Below the pieces are notes generated by a model. It saw only the letters and a program-made list of their open reading frames with translations. It did not search any database and had not been told where the DNA came from. The position numbers and the translations under genes were made by a program. From Somniosus microcephalus (Eukaryota), in contig CM126205.1 of assembly GCA_052327205.1 (NCBI GenBank), positions 258,478,001 to 258,542,000 of the forward strand: 64,000 nucleotides of DNA, given 5' to 3'. How positions within the stretch are numbered: the first letter of the stretch is position 1; each line of letters begins with the position of its first letter. This document shows, one piece after another, positions 48,175 to 60,319 of this stretch.

Positions 48175-51100
48175 CTCAGAGCGGCAGCGGTGGCGGACCT
48201 GTGAGGGGCGAGGCTCGGGTAGGCCTCCGAGCAGCGGCGGTGATAAAAACAGCGGCGAGGCTCAGGTAAGCCTCAGAGCGGCGGCGGACCTGTGAGGAGC
48301 GAGGCGGTGGCGGTGATAAAAGCAGCGGCGAGGCTCAGGTAGGCTTACCAATCTCCGAGCTCAGAGGGAGGGAGAGAAGTAAAAAGTAATCGAAGTGTGA
48401 CGTCACCAGAAAGCAGGTAAGTGATTGGTTGGTCAGTACTTCTCTCTTTTTTAAACTTAAACTCTGTGGTTTATAGTTTCTAAGCTCTCTGTGGTGTAGC
48501 GGGGACTGTTGGTAAACCAGGGCCCTTAAGTATATCATTTAACTGTAGTGTAATTGCTGGGATTGATTTGATTTGATTTAATTTAATTTAATTTGAATTA
48601 ATTAAAGGGTAAGTCATGGCAGAAGAGCTCGGCCCCGTGGTATGCTCCTCCTGCACTATGTGGGAAATCAGGGACACTTCCTGTGTCCCTGACGACCATG
48701 TGTGCAAGAAGTGTATCCAGCTGCAGCTACTGGCAGACCGCATTGTGGCTGGATACATACTGGACCATTCGCAATGCTGAGGACGTCGTGGATATCACGT
48801 TTAATCAGTTGGTCACACCGCAGGTAAAGGTTGCACAGGCAGAAAGGGAATGGGTGACCAACAGGCAGAGTAGTAGGCGCAGGCAGGTAGTGCAGGAGTC
48901 CCCTGTGGGCATCCTCCTCTCAAACAGATATACCACTTTGAATACTGTTGAGGGGGATGGCTTATCAGGGAAAAGCAGCAGCAGCCAACTTCCTGGCACC
49001 AGGGGTGGTTCTGCAGCACAGGACGGGAGGAAAAAGAGAGGCAGAGCTATAGTAATAGGGGATTCTATTGTAAGGGGAATAGATAGGCGTTTCTGCGGCC
49101 ACAAATGAGACTCCAGGATGGTGTGTTGCCTCCCTGGTGCAAGGGTCAAGGATGTCTCCGAGCGGCTGCAGAACATTTTGGAAGGGGAGGGTGAACAGCC
49201 AGTTGTCATGGTGCATATAGGTACCAACGATAGAGGTAAAAAATGGGATGCGGTCCTAAAAGCAGCACGGTGGCATAGTGGTTAGCACTGTTGCCTCACA
49301 GCGCCAGGGACCCGGGTTCGAATCCGGCCTCGGGTGACTGTCTGTGTGGAGTTTGCACATTCTCCCCGTGTTTGCGTGGGTTTCCTCTGGGTGCTCTGGT
49401 TTCCTCCCACAGTCCAAAGATGTGCGGGTTAGGTTGATTGGCTATGATAAATTGACCCTTAGCGTTAGGGGGATTAAATACGTGGGGTTACGGGGATCGG
49501 GTGGGATATGTGTCGGTGCAGGCTCGATGGGCTGAAATGGCCTCTATCTGCACTGTGGGGTTTCTGTGTTTCTGTGAATATAGGGAGTTAGGAGGTAAAT
49601 TTTAAAAAATAGGACCTCAAAGGTAGTAATCTCAAGATTGCTACCAGTGCCACGTGCTAGTCAGAGTAGAAATAGAAGGATATTTCAGATGAATACATGG
49701 CTAGAGGAATGGTGCAAGGGGGAGGGATTCAAATTCCTGGGACGGTTTGCACCTGGGCAGGGCCGGGACCGATGTCCTAGGGGGAGTGTTTGCTAGTGCT
49801 CTGGGGGAGGGTTTAAACTAAAATGGCAGGGGGTTAGGAACCTGAGCAGGGAGACAGAGGAAAGGGAAACAAGGATAAAAGCAAAAGATAGGAAGGAGAA
49901 AAACAAAAGTGGCAGTCAGAGAAATCAACGGTTTAAATCAAACATGGCCACAGTAAATAATAATTCAAAAAGGTCTAAGAGCATTAAAAAAAACAAGCCT
50001 GAAGGCTTTGTGTCTTAATGCGAGGAGCATTCGTAATAAGGTAGATGAATTAGCTGCACAAATAGAGGTAAACGAATATGGTTTGATTGGGATTATGCAA
50101 ACCTGGCTCCAGGGTGGCCAAGGCTGGGAACTCAACATGATTCAGGAAAGATGGGCAAAAAGGAAAGGGAGGTGGGGTAGCATTGCTGGTTAAAGAGGGG
50201 ATTAACACAATTGTAAGGAAGGATATTAGCTCTGATGATGTGGAATCTGTATGGGTAGAACTGAGAAATACCAAGGGGCAGAAAACGTTAGTGGGAGTGG
50301 TATATAGACCCCCAAACAGTAATGCGGAGGTTGGGGATGGCATTAAAAGGGAAATTAGAGAAGCGTGCAATAAGGGCACAGCAGTTATCATGGGTGACTT
50401 TAATCTACATATAGATTGGGCTAACCAAATTAGTAACAATACTGTGGAGGAGGAATTCCTGGAGTGTTTACGGGATGGTTTCCTGGACCAATATGTCGAG
50501 GAACCAACTAGAGATCAGGCCATCTTAGACTGGGTATTATGTAATGAGAAAGGATTAATTAGCAATCTTGTTGTACGAGGCCCCTTGGATCAGAACGATC
50601 ATAATATGATAGAATTCTTCATTAAGATGGAGAGTGAAGTAGTTGACTCAGAGACTAGGGTCCTGAATTTAAGTAAAGGAAACTACGATGGTATGAAGCG
50701 TGAGTTAGGTAGGATTGATTGGGGAATGTCACTCAAAGGGTTGACGGTGGATAGGCAATGGCAAACATTCAAAGACTGCATGGATGAACTACAGAATTTG
50801 CTCATCCCAGTTTGGCATAAAAATAAAACAAAAAAGGTGACTCAACCATGACTAACAAGGGAAATTAGGGATAGCATAAGATCCAAGGAGAGGACATATA
50901 AATTATCCAGAAAAAGCAGTAAACCTGAGGATTGGAAGCAGTTTAGGATTCCACAAAGGAGGACAAAGGGATTAATTAAGAAGGGGAAAATAGAGTATGA
51001 GAGTAAGCTTTCAGGGAACATAAAAACTGACTGTAAAAGCTTTTATAGATATGTGAAGAGAAAAAGATTGGTGAAGTCAAGCGTAGGTCCCTTGCAGTCA

Positions 51101-52870
51101 GAATCAGGGGAATTTATAATGGGGAACAAAGAAATGGCAGACCAATTAAATACATATTTTGGTTCTGTCTTCACAAAGGAGGACACAAATAACCTCCCAG
51201 AGATGTCGGGGAACATAGCGTCTGATGAAAGGGAGGAACTGAAAGAAATCAATATTTGTAGGAAAATGGTGTTAGGGAAATTGACGGGATTGAAGGCCGA
51301 TAAATCCCCAGGGCCTGATAATCTATATCCTAGGGTACTTAAGGAAGTGGCCCTAGAAATAGTAGATGCATTGCTGATCATCTTCCAACATTCGGTGGAA
51401 TCTGGAACAGTACCCATGGATTGGAGGGTAGCTAATGTTACCCCACTATTCAAAAAAGGTGGTAGAGAGAAAACAGGGAATTAGACCGGTAAGCCTGACA
51501 TCGGTACTGGGTAAAATGCTAGAGTCCATTATAAAGGATGTAATAGCAGAGCACTTGGAAAGCAGTGACAGGATCGGACAAAGTCAACATGGATTTACAA
51601 AAGGTAAATCGTGCTTGACTAACCTACTGGAATTTTTTGTGGATGTAACTGGTAAAATAGATAAGGGAGAACCAGTGGATGTGGTGTATTTGGACTTTCA
51701 GAAGACTTTCGATAAGGTCACTCATACGAGATTAGCATGTAAAGTTAAGGCACATGGGATTGGGGGCAAGGTATTGACTTGGATAGAGAACTGGTTGGCA
51801 GACAGAAAGCAAAGAATTGGAATAAACGGGTCTTTTTCCGAGTGGCAGGCAGTGACTAGTGGGGTACCGCAGGGATCGGTCCTTGGACCCCAGCTATTCA
51901 CAATATATATTAATGATCTAGACGAGGGAACTAGATGTAATATCTCCAAGTTTGCAGACGACACAAAGCTGGGTGGGCGTGTGTGCTGTGAGGAGGATGC
52001 CGAGAAACTCCAGTATGATTTGGACAGGTTGGGTGATTGGGCAGAAGCATGGCAGATGCAATATAACGTGGATAAATGCGAGGTTATCCACTTTGGTGTC
52101 AAAAACAGGAAGGCAGATTATTATCTGAATGGCAATAGATTGGGAAAAGGGGAAGTGCAATGAGATCTGGGTGTCCTTGTGCACCATCGCTGAAGGTAAG
52201 CATGCAGGTGCAGCAGACGGTTAAGAAGGCAAATGGCATGTTGGCCTTTGTAGCGAGAGGGTTTGAGTACAGGAACAAGGATGTCTTGCTGCAGTTGTAC
52301 AGGGCCTTGGTGAGACCACACCTTGAGTATTGTGTGCAGTTTTGGTCGCCTTTTCTGAGGAAGGATGTTCTTGCCATGGAGGGAGTGCAACAAAGATTCA
52401 CCAGGCTGATACCTGGGATGGCAGGAATGACGTATGAGGAGAGATTGGGGCGATTGGGCTTATACTCGCTGGAGTTTAGAAGAATGAGAGGGGATCTCAT
52501 TGAAACTTATAAAATTCTGACAGGACTGGACAGACTAGATGCAAGAAGGATGTTCCCGATGGTCGGGGAGTCCAGAACCAGGGGTCACAGTCTAAGGATA
52601 AGGGATAAGCCATTTAGGACAGAAATTAGGAGGAATTTCTTCACCCAGAGAGTGGTGAACCTGTGGAATTCTCTACCACAGAAGGCAGTAGAGGCTAGCT
52701 CATTAAATATATTCAAGAAGGAGTTGGATATATTTCTTAAGGCTAAAGGGATCAAGGGATATGGGGAGAAAGCAGGGACGGGGTACTGAATTTGGATGAT
52801 CAGCCATGATCTCATTGAATGGCAGAGCAGGCTCGAGGGGCCGAATGGCCTACTCCTGCTCCTATCTTCT
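48175..52870 (+). mobile_element. Full-length CR1 LINE (copy C), disrupted, closely related to copy B
   Basis: GC-rich repeated 5' UTR, ORF1 remnants from 48616 (CSSC..WE..HVCKKC, IGDSIVRG, HIGTND), ORF2 pieces 50008-52789, CR1 tail. Confidence 0.93.
49262..49576 (+). mobile_element. HE1-like V-SINE inserted in CR1 ORF1
   Basis: Nearly identical to 19744-20094; the host ORF1 resumes at GAATATAGGGAG. Confidence 0.93.
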
Positions 52871-54379
52871 ATGTTTCTATTGAAAGATTTCACCAAGCAA
52901 TTATGAATCTTGACACTCACTCTGGCCTGTACTCAAGAACTCCTCCTGAGCTTTCCAGACAGCAGAACTATTGTTACAGGACACCAATTGTTTGCTCAAT
53001 CTGAACTCTTGTTGCATGGCTCTGATTATATCGGTGCTCTGTGTCCGTGACTGGGGAGCTAATGAACTGTTGCCTCGCAAACAGCGCACCAGTCACTTGC
53101 TGAATGGCCATGTGCATAGCAATTTGACTGATGTTGCTGATGTCTCCAAAAGTAGTTTGGAAGAAGGCATTGTCATAAAAGTTTATAGCCATCGTAACCA
53201 TCATTGCCACAGGCCCGAGTGTTGGCCTCCAATTCTCGCCGCAACAGGTGGCACAGGTAAGTGACTGTCTCCCTGTTGAAACAGAGATGCCTCACACACC
53301 TAAGATTCAAGTATGATGTTCTGTTTCTGAATATCCATATGCTGTAATGCCTCCTGGTGCCCTTGTCTCCTTCACCTTTTTCTTGCAGCCTGTGCAGGTC
53401 TTGGCTGCCTTTCTTGCTGCTGCACCTCGTCTTGATTTGGAAGTCTCGAGGGTGAGCCCAGCAGCTTGAGAACAAGCAACTTCTGTGAAACAGTTCTTGC
53501 CCTCCACAAACACACTCTGCAAAAGTATCTCTCAAACATTTGCCAAAACGGCCAAAAACGTAGCCTAAAACAACTAACCAGAGACTTGCCTCAATGGAGA
53601 TGAGGATCCCTTTAAATATCACTTGTGAAAGCTGCTTGCTGACAGTTCCTGCCATAATTTGCTGGGTGGGTTAAGGAAGTGACATTTCAGGTGTGCACAG
53701 ACACCAATTTCTTGTTTCAAGCCTTTACTAACATATTTAAATGATGCCTGCATTTGTTTCAGCCAGCAGCCAGGGGCACCTATTGAGCACCCCACCCAAT
53801 ATGGCGTCGGCGTAGAATGTCGCACTGCAGAATTCAACTTTGTGGACCCAGAAAACACACACCAATTTCTACCCCACAGTCTTTCTAAAGCATTCCCGAT
53901 TCCAAACTGGTCTAAATTTCAATGATATTTGACTAATCGATAAATCTTTGGAATATTTTGTGCCGTTTTTGGCCACCCTAAGTTCAGACATGATTGATAT
54001 ATTTGAGAGAGTTCACAAAAGAGTAACACAAGTGAGTCTAGGATTTATTTTGTAAACAACATAATATTTGGATTTCTTTATGATTTGGGATTACTATTTT
54101 TGTAGAAATCCAGATTAGTCCAATATCAGATTAACAATGTCAGCTTTTGTCCTTATTAAATTATGAACTCAGTAATCCTTTGAACAGCCTTTTCTGGGGT
54201 TTTTTGTACAACATTTTTGATTATCTGGACAAAGAAAGCAAGACTTTATCCCATCACAGGACCTCTGACTTTAAGTCTAGACTCCCTCCTATTGTCTCCT
54301 CTCTATTTCCCTTTTACTACCAGGACACATGTATCCTAATCTTGCTACATAACCAGGCCTATTTAACTTGAGTTTACCT

Positions 54380-57300
54380 GGGCTTGATTTTCCAATTGGA
54401 GATGGTTTGGTATTGGGAATGGTAGTCGGCGCGTCCCACTCCCGGCTCCAGCCGGCCTGCTGACAAAATTTTCTGTTAATTGGGCACGTTAATCCCGCCA
54501 TGCGTGTTACCTGCCCTGATCCCAAGGTGCATGTCTGCTGAGCTGCTCTGCTGACGTGTTTGCAGCCGGTGTATTTAAGGGGGCCATTTCACAATTAGAT
54601 CTCACGTCGTTTCTGATGCTCCTGAGTGCTGCTGCTCTCCACGGTGTCTGCAGAGAGACCAAAGGCTGCTCCCCACTTCAACAAGGATCCCTCCATGTTC
54701 TTGTGGAGGGAGTCAGAGGACGTCGGGAGGTCCTATACCCAGGTGATGGAAGAAGGAAACCTCCTCCGCAGACAAATGCAGCCCTCACACCCACCCTCAA
54801 GGTTATGCAATGACAACTAACAACTCAAAAGGAGGGTACTTGGTAATGGGAACCCACTCCATCAGTCTCCCTCTAAACATCTATCCTATCCATTCTTTAC
54901 ACTCATTCCATCACTCTCACTGAAACTCCATTCTTTCTCTCATTGCAGGAAAAGAGAGCCCACAATGAGAGGGAGAGAACAGGAGGAGGACCACGATCGT
55001 ACCCAACTCACCCATGCTGAGGAGGCTGATCTCAACATTGCGGGATGAGTGGAATAGCTCGAAGTGGGGGACGGAGAGAGGGGCTCAGTAGAACAACCTG
55101 GTGACAGAATGCTTCTCCATTCATCTTATTTGGCTTTCATGAGTGACATATGGGATCTGATGTCAATAGAAATTGAATGCTCATCATATGCACAGTGGGA
55201 TGAGTCTGCAATCTACATATCACATGTCTAACTCATGTCTTTACTCTCCCATAGGACCATCAAGAACCTCCCTCCCTACTGTCCAGGAGGAAGAGCAGGA
55301 GGACTCCTCAGAGGATGCTTCATCCTCTGAGGGAGCAGCGTCAGCAGAAATGAACGCACCCAGCACCAGCGCAGAGATGCACACCTCGGTGGGTCATTTG
55401 CACGATAGAGTAGTGTTGTCACCTGGGTGTATTACAACTCCTGAGTGAGTAAGAGCAGATGGTGGAGACAGGGACAGCAGTGGAGTCTTCATCGGAGGCC
55501 GCAGGACGCTCCTAGCTCTGCTCGGCTGCATGTAGAAACATAGAAACATAGAAAAATAGGAGCAGGAGTAGGCCATTCGGCCCTTTGAGCCTGCTCTGCC
55601 ATTCAATATGGCTGATCCTCTATCTCAATACCATATTCCTGCTCTCTTCCCCATACCCCTTGATGCCTTTTGTGTCTAGAAATCTATCTATCTCTCCTCA
55701 TACGCCAGTCCTGCCATCCCAGGAATCAGTCTGGTGAACTTTCGCTGCACTCCCTCTATGGCAAGTATATCCTTTATTAGGTAAGGAGACCAAAACTGCG
55801 CACACTACTCCGGGTGTGGTCTCACCAAGGAACTGTGAAACTGTAGTAAGACATCCTTGCTCCTGTACTCAAATCCTCTTGCAATGAAGGCCAACATACC
55901 ATTTGCCTTCCTAACTGCTTGCTGCACCTGCATGTTTGCTTTCAGTGACTGGTGTACAAGGACACCCTAGTCCCTCTTTACATCAACATTTCCCAATCTA
56001 GCACCATTTAAATAATACTCTGCCTCTTCACATTTATCCACGTTATACTGCATCTGCCATGTATTTGCCCACTCACTCAACTTGTCTAAATCACCTTGAA
56101 GCCTCTTTGCATCCTCCTCACAATTCACAATCCCACCTAGTTTTGTGTCATCAGCAAACTTGGAAATATTACATATGGTTCCCTCAACCAAATCATTGAT
56201 ATATATTGTGAATAGCTGGGGCCCAAGCACTGATCCCTGCGGTACCCCACTAGTCACCACCTGCCACCCCGAAAAAGATCCATTTATTCCTACTCTGTTT
56301 CCTGTCTGTTAACTAATTTTCAATCCATGCCAGTATATTGCCCCCAATCCCATGTGCTTTCATTTTGCGCACTAACCTCTTATGTGGGACTTTATCAAAG
56401 GCCTTCTGAAAATCCAAATACACCACATCCACTGGTTCTCCCTTATCTATTCTACCAGTTACATCCTCAAAAAGCTCCAGTAGGTTTGTCAAACATGATT
56501 TCCCTTTCATAAATCCATGTTGACTTTGTCTAATCCCGTTCATATTTTGTAAGTGTCCTGTTATCACATCCTTTATAATAGACTCTAGCATTTTCCCTAC
56601 TACTGATGTTAGGCTAACCGGTCTGTAGTTCCCTGTTTTCTCTTGTCCTCCTTTTTTAAATAGTGGGGTTATATTTGCCACCCTCCAATCTGCAGGAATT
56701 GTTCCATAATCTATAGAATTTTGGAAGCTGACAACCAATACATCCACTATTTCCATGGCTACCTCTTTTAGTACTCTGGGATACAGATTATCAGTCCATG
56801 GGGATTTATTGGCTTTCAGTCCCATTAATTTCTCCAGCACTATTTTTTTACTAATACTAATTTCCTTTAATTCCTCCTTCTCATTCGACCCTTGGTTCCC
56901 TAGCATTTCTGGGAAGTTATTTGTGTCCTTTTCTGTGAAGACAGAACCGAAGTATTTGTTCCTTGTTCCCCATTATAAATTCTCCCATTTGGCTGTAAGG
57001 GACCTACATTTGTCTTCACTAATCTTTTTCTTTTTACATACTTGTAGAAGCTTTTACAGTCCACTGAGCCTCGGGGACCATCCAGAAAGAGAGTGGTGCT
57101 GGAGCCTCAGGAACAAGTGCAGGGGGCTCTGACTGGGTTTGCAACCACGGTGACTGCGAGTGTGCAGAGAATGGAGGAGTCCATCTCAAACATGAGCAAG
57201 GCCATGGCGCACGCAATGGCAAATGTAGGTACGGTCAGAGCCCCAGATGACTCCCTGAGCAGTGATGGCCGAGTCTGCCCCTGTGCAACCGCAGGAGGAG

Positions 57301-58090
57301 CAGACTTTGGCGGGGCCTTCACAGGCTCCAAAACCCAGAGGACGACCACCAAAGGCATATAAGCAGGTGCAGCAGGGAAGTGAGCAGGCTGCCTCTACAT
57401 CTGCTGAAGCCACGGGGGTGGCACCACGTAGAAGCACGCATAAGAGAAAGCTGACGCATAAATAATCACAAGGGTACTCACTTAGTTGTTCTGCTAGAAA
57501 TCAATGTTAAGTTTCTGTTCTTTTATTTTGTTGGAATAAATTAATGTTGTGTGAATATTTGACATCGTTGCCATATGTGTGCTCACAATTTGAGGTGGCA
57601 CAGTAAAGGGTGAGGGCACCTTTTATGTCCAACAATGGAGGTGACAGTGGATATAAAGTTAACACCACACACTTACAGCCTCAAGACAGAATGTATCTCC
57701 CAAATCATGAAATCAGCAACCTCTGACTTTTGAAAGTGAACAGATGTGAGAGTGCAGCTTTTAGACTGCAATTGCAGCTGTGAACTATCCAGCTCGTTGG
57801 CCCTCCCGACATACTTACCTGGCGTGATCTCCAAACGTCATGAAACCCATAGAAAATGTGGGACAATAGGAAAAGGCTGTCAAAATAGCAGTTAACAAGG
57901 AGTTAAGTGCCTTAAAATCCCTCACTCGCCGCTTGGTGTCGCGTCTATTGTGAAATCGCAGACCCGTCACTTTTGAAACTCACACGGAGGCGGGATCGCA
58001 GTGGGTTTCCAACCCATCATCAATCATTGCTATTTTAACAGCTGACCTGCCTCCGAACCTGCTCTCTGAATGCTGGCAAAATCGCGGCCC
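54380..58090 (+). mobile_element. Harbinger-type element encoding only a spliced Myb/SANT-like protein, decayed, split by a CR1
   Basis: TIRs GGGCTTGATTTTCCA / TGGCAAAATCGCGGCCC; AERPKAAPHF..SLHVLVEGVRGRREVLYP; acceptors at 54948 (EKRAHNERERTGGGP) and 55254; C-terminus PRGRPPK..RRSTHKRK; AATAAA at 57535. Confidence 0.65.
55531..57062 (-). mobile_element. 5'-truncated CR1 LINE with internal deletions
   Basis: RT ORFs 56313-56906 and 55967-56260; (CATAGAAA)n tail; deletions near 55695 and 56025. Confidence 0.92.
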
Positions 58091-58479
58091 TTGTGTCCAT
58101 TTGCATGCATGTTTTGAGTGCCACTCCAGACCCAAGCCCATCACTTCTACTTCCACTTCTTTCTCCCCATTTTCTCTTTTTTCTTTTTACCCCATCTCTC
58201 CTGTTGTCATACCTCCTTTCATTTCTCCCCTCTCTGGCAATCTGCCCTCCCAAATCCCTACCCCAAACCTTCAGCACTCCTCAACCTTTCTACTCTCCTG
58301 CCACTGTCCCAGGCTTGACTACCTCTTAGATAAGTCTACTGCTTACCTCTATGCGCCTCTTGACATCCTCCGAATGGCCCATCGAGACACTCGTCGCTGC
58401 CTCCTTACTGCCGCATCCTACACTCCCACCTACCCTCCTGCCCAACACGCCTGCTGGGGGCTAATCTTTCCTGCCTCCT

Positions 58480-59490
58480 TCCCATCCCACTATCCCTCCC
58501 AATGCTGACCCTGTGGACTCTGCCACTGGATCAGCTCTCACCACCCCACTCTGCAGCTCCCTCCAGAATGTCCATTCACTTGTGAAAAAGGGCCTTGCCA
58601 TCCATGAGCTTATTGTGGATGATTGTATCGATATTATGTCCTTGATGGAAACTTGACTGAGGGATGATGATGCCTCCCCGCCTGGCTATACCTTCCCCCA
58701 CTTGCCCTGCCTAAACTGTGGTGGTGGTGTGGCTCTTATCACCAAATCACACCTTGATCTGTTCATCCACTCCTCTGGCACCTTCTCCTCCTTTGAGCAT
58801 CTCACCTTATTCCATCCCTCTCGCATCTCATTTAAAATCCTCACTCTCTACCACCCACCCAAGTAACATGCCAAATTTCTCACCAAGGTACCTTCACTCT
58901 GTTCCTCCCTCAGCCTCTGCACCGAGCGACTTCTCATCCTCGGTGATTTTAACCTCCATCTCAACTCATCATGCTGGCTCTCCTCTGAGTTCACTGCCCT
59001 CCTATCCTCCCTTAATCTCTCCCTCCATAGAAACTCCCCTGCCCATATTCACAGCCGACCCCTTGACCTTGCCATCACACATGGCCTCGCTAATCCCACT
59101 GTGTCAATCAAAGATAAGGCCATCTCTGATAACTTCCTTGTATCGCTCTCCACCCATATCCCCCTTACCCCTCCCAAACCCACTACCTTCCATATCCACT
59201 GCTAGAAAAAACTCTCCCCCAACTCACTTACAACTGCACTTTCAAATTTCCAAATGTGTAGCCTTTGGCCCTCCATTCACCACGACATTTCTGCAGCTAC
59301 CAAGCTCCTCAATCACACCCTTACCTCTACCTTTGATGCCCTAGTCCCCATTAAAGCCATTACACTCGCTCTCTCTCTCTCACCATAGGCAGTCCCCTGG
59401 TACAGTCCTCACCTCCATACCCTTAAGCCCAAGTTACGCAGACTTGAAATTTTATGCTGGACATCTGGTTTAGCCATTTATCGCCATTTC
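58480..59490 (+). mobile_element. L2 LINE fragment (AP endonuclease region), decayed
   Basis: LQNVHSLVKK..I..ET*L..PPGYTF..GGGVAL, YHPPK, ILGDFNLH, LDL, ISD motifs across frames; C-rich strand typical of L2. Confidence 0.8.
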
Positions 59491-59499
59491 TTTTGAAGG

Positions 59500-60290
59500 G
59501 ATAATTACTAGTCCTAGCCCCTTAAGGGCTACCCCGGATCAAACGTATTTCTCAGATGTTCACTTTCAACTAAAGTTTGAGGTAGCCGAATCCTAAAGAC
59601 GCTTAATTGGGTCTAAAGGTCCGGACTATCTCTCCCTAAAGGAAAGGAACAACCTGAAAATGTTACTGTCCTCCAAATAGCATTTTTAATAAGTTTAGCT
59701 AGACTGTAACATTCCGGATATTATGAGGGTCCGGAAAACTCCCCCAGAATTCTGAAACTCCTCACCAAAGAGTGTACAGAAATTGAGTTCGCGAGTTTTT
59801 GATACAGAAGTCTTATGTGAGACAATTATAAAAATATATAGATTTATTAAAGAACCAACATGTAACTTATAGTTGGTGAGTCAATTGCAACATTAACAGT
59901 TCCAAAAAGAGAAAGCTTACAATCTTATTATCAGAGAACCTTACTTTCAAATCTTAACTTCACTACAGCTTTACAGTTCTTAGTGTTCTACAGGATGTCC
60001 ACCAAAATCAAATACCTTTGATCCCTGAGGTACAAAGGGTTGGAGACTTAGAGTCGCCTCTGAAGCCAAGAATCACTTTGCCCGATTAAAGCGAGTCTGT
60101 TATCCCGTTTGAGAGTTCAATATTTATACCCTTTTCCAGTGGTATTTCCTTTAAGGTTTTCTGCTGATGCAAGCTAATTATCTCTAGTAATTTTTCTGCT
60201 GACCTCTGCAATTCTTACTGCCAGCTCAGCCAGACTCGTGTCTCATCTCTAGGTGTTCTAAGTTTGCCATATAAAAAATGGTGTGACGGC
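59500..60290 (-). mobile_element. Probable LTR plus leader fragment of an LTR retroelement
   Basis: Minus strand: TATAAATA (~60128), AATAAA (~59848), ..GTACA end (~59773), then TGGTGAG (PBS-like). No partner LTR or ORF. Confidence 0.45.
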
Positions 60291-60319
60291 AGGTGTTCCT
60301 TACTTTGTGCTTCTTTACG

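Larger units (their letters stand above)
46750..53875. mobile_element. Decayed autonomous-type Harbinger transposon (Myb/SANT gene on +, DDE transposase on -), split by a CR1
   Basis: 46890-47097 (+): FSDAVLEVLVKEV..WLQCRKKWNDL then donor GTAAG. 52880-53400 (-): HARBI1-like F.RETV..LC.LL, FY....FQ...GD...ISQ, YNQSH..TR..IEQTIGVL. Right end CCAATTTCTACCCC; left end not located. Confidence 0.75.
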
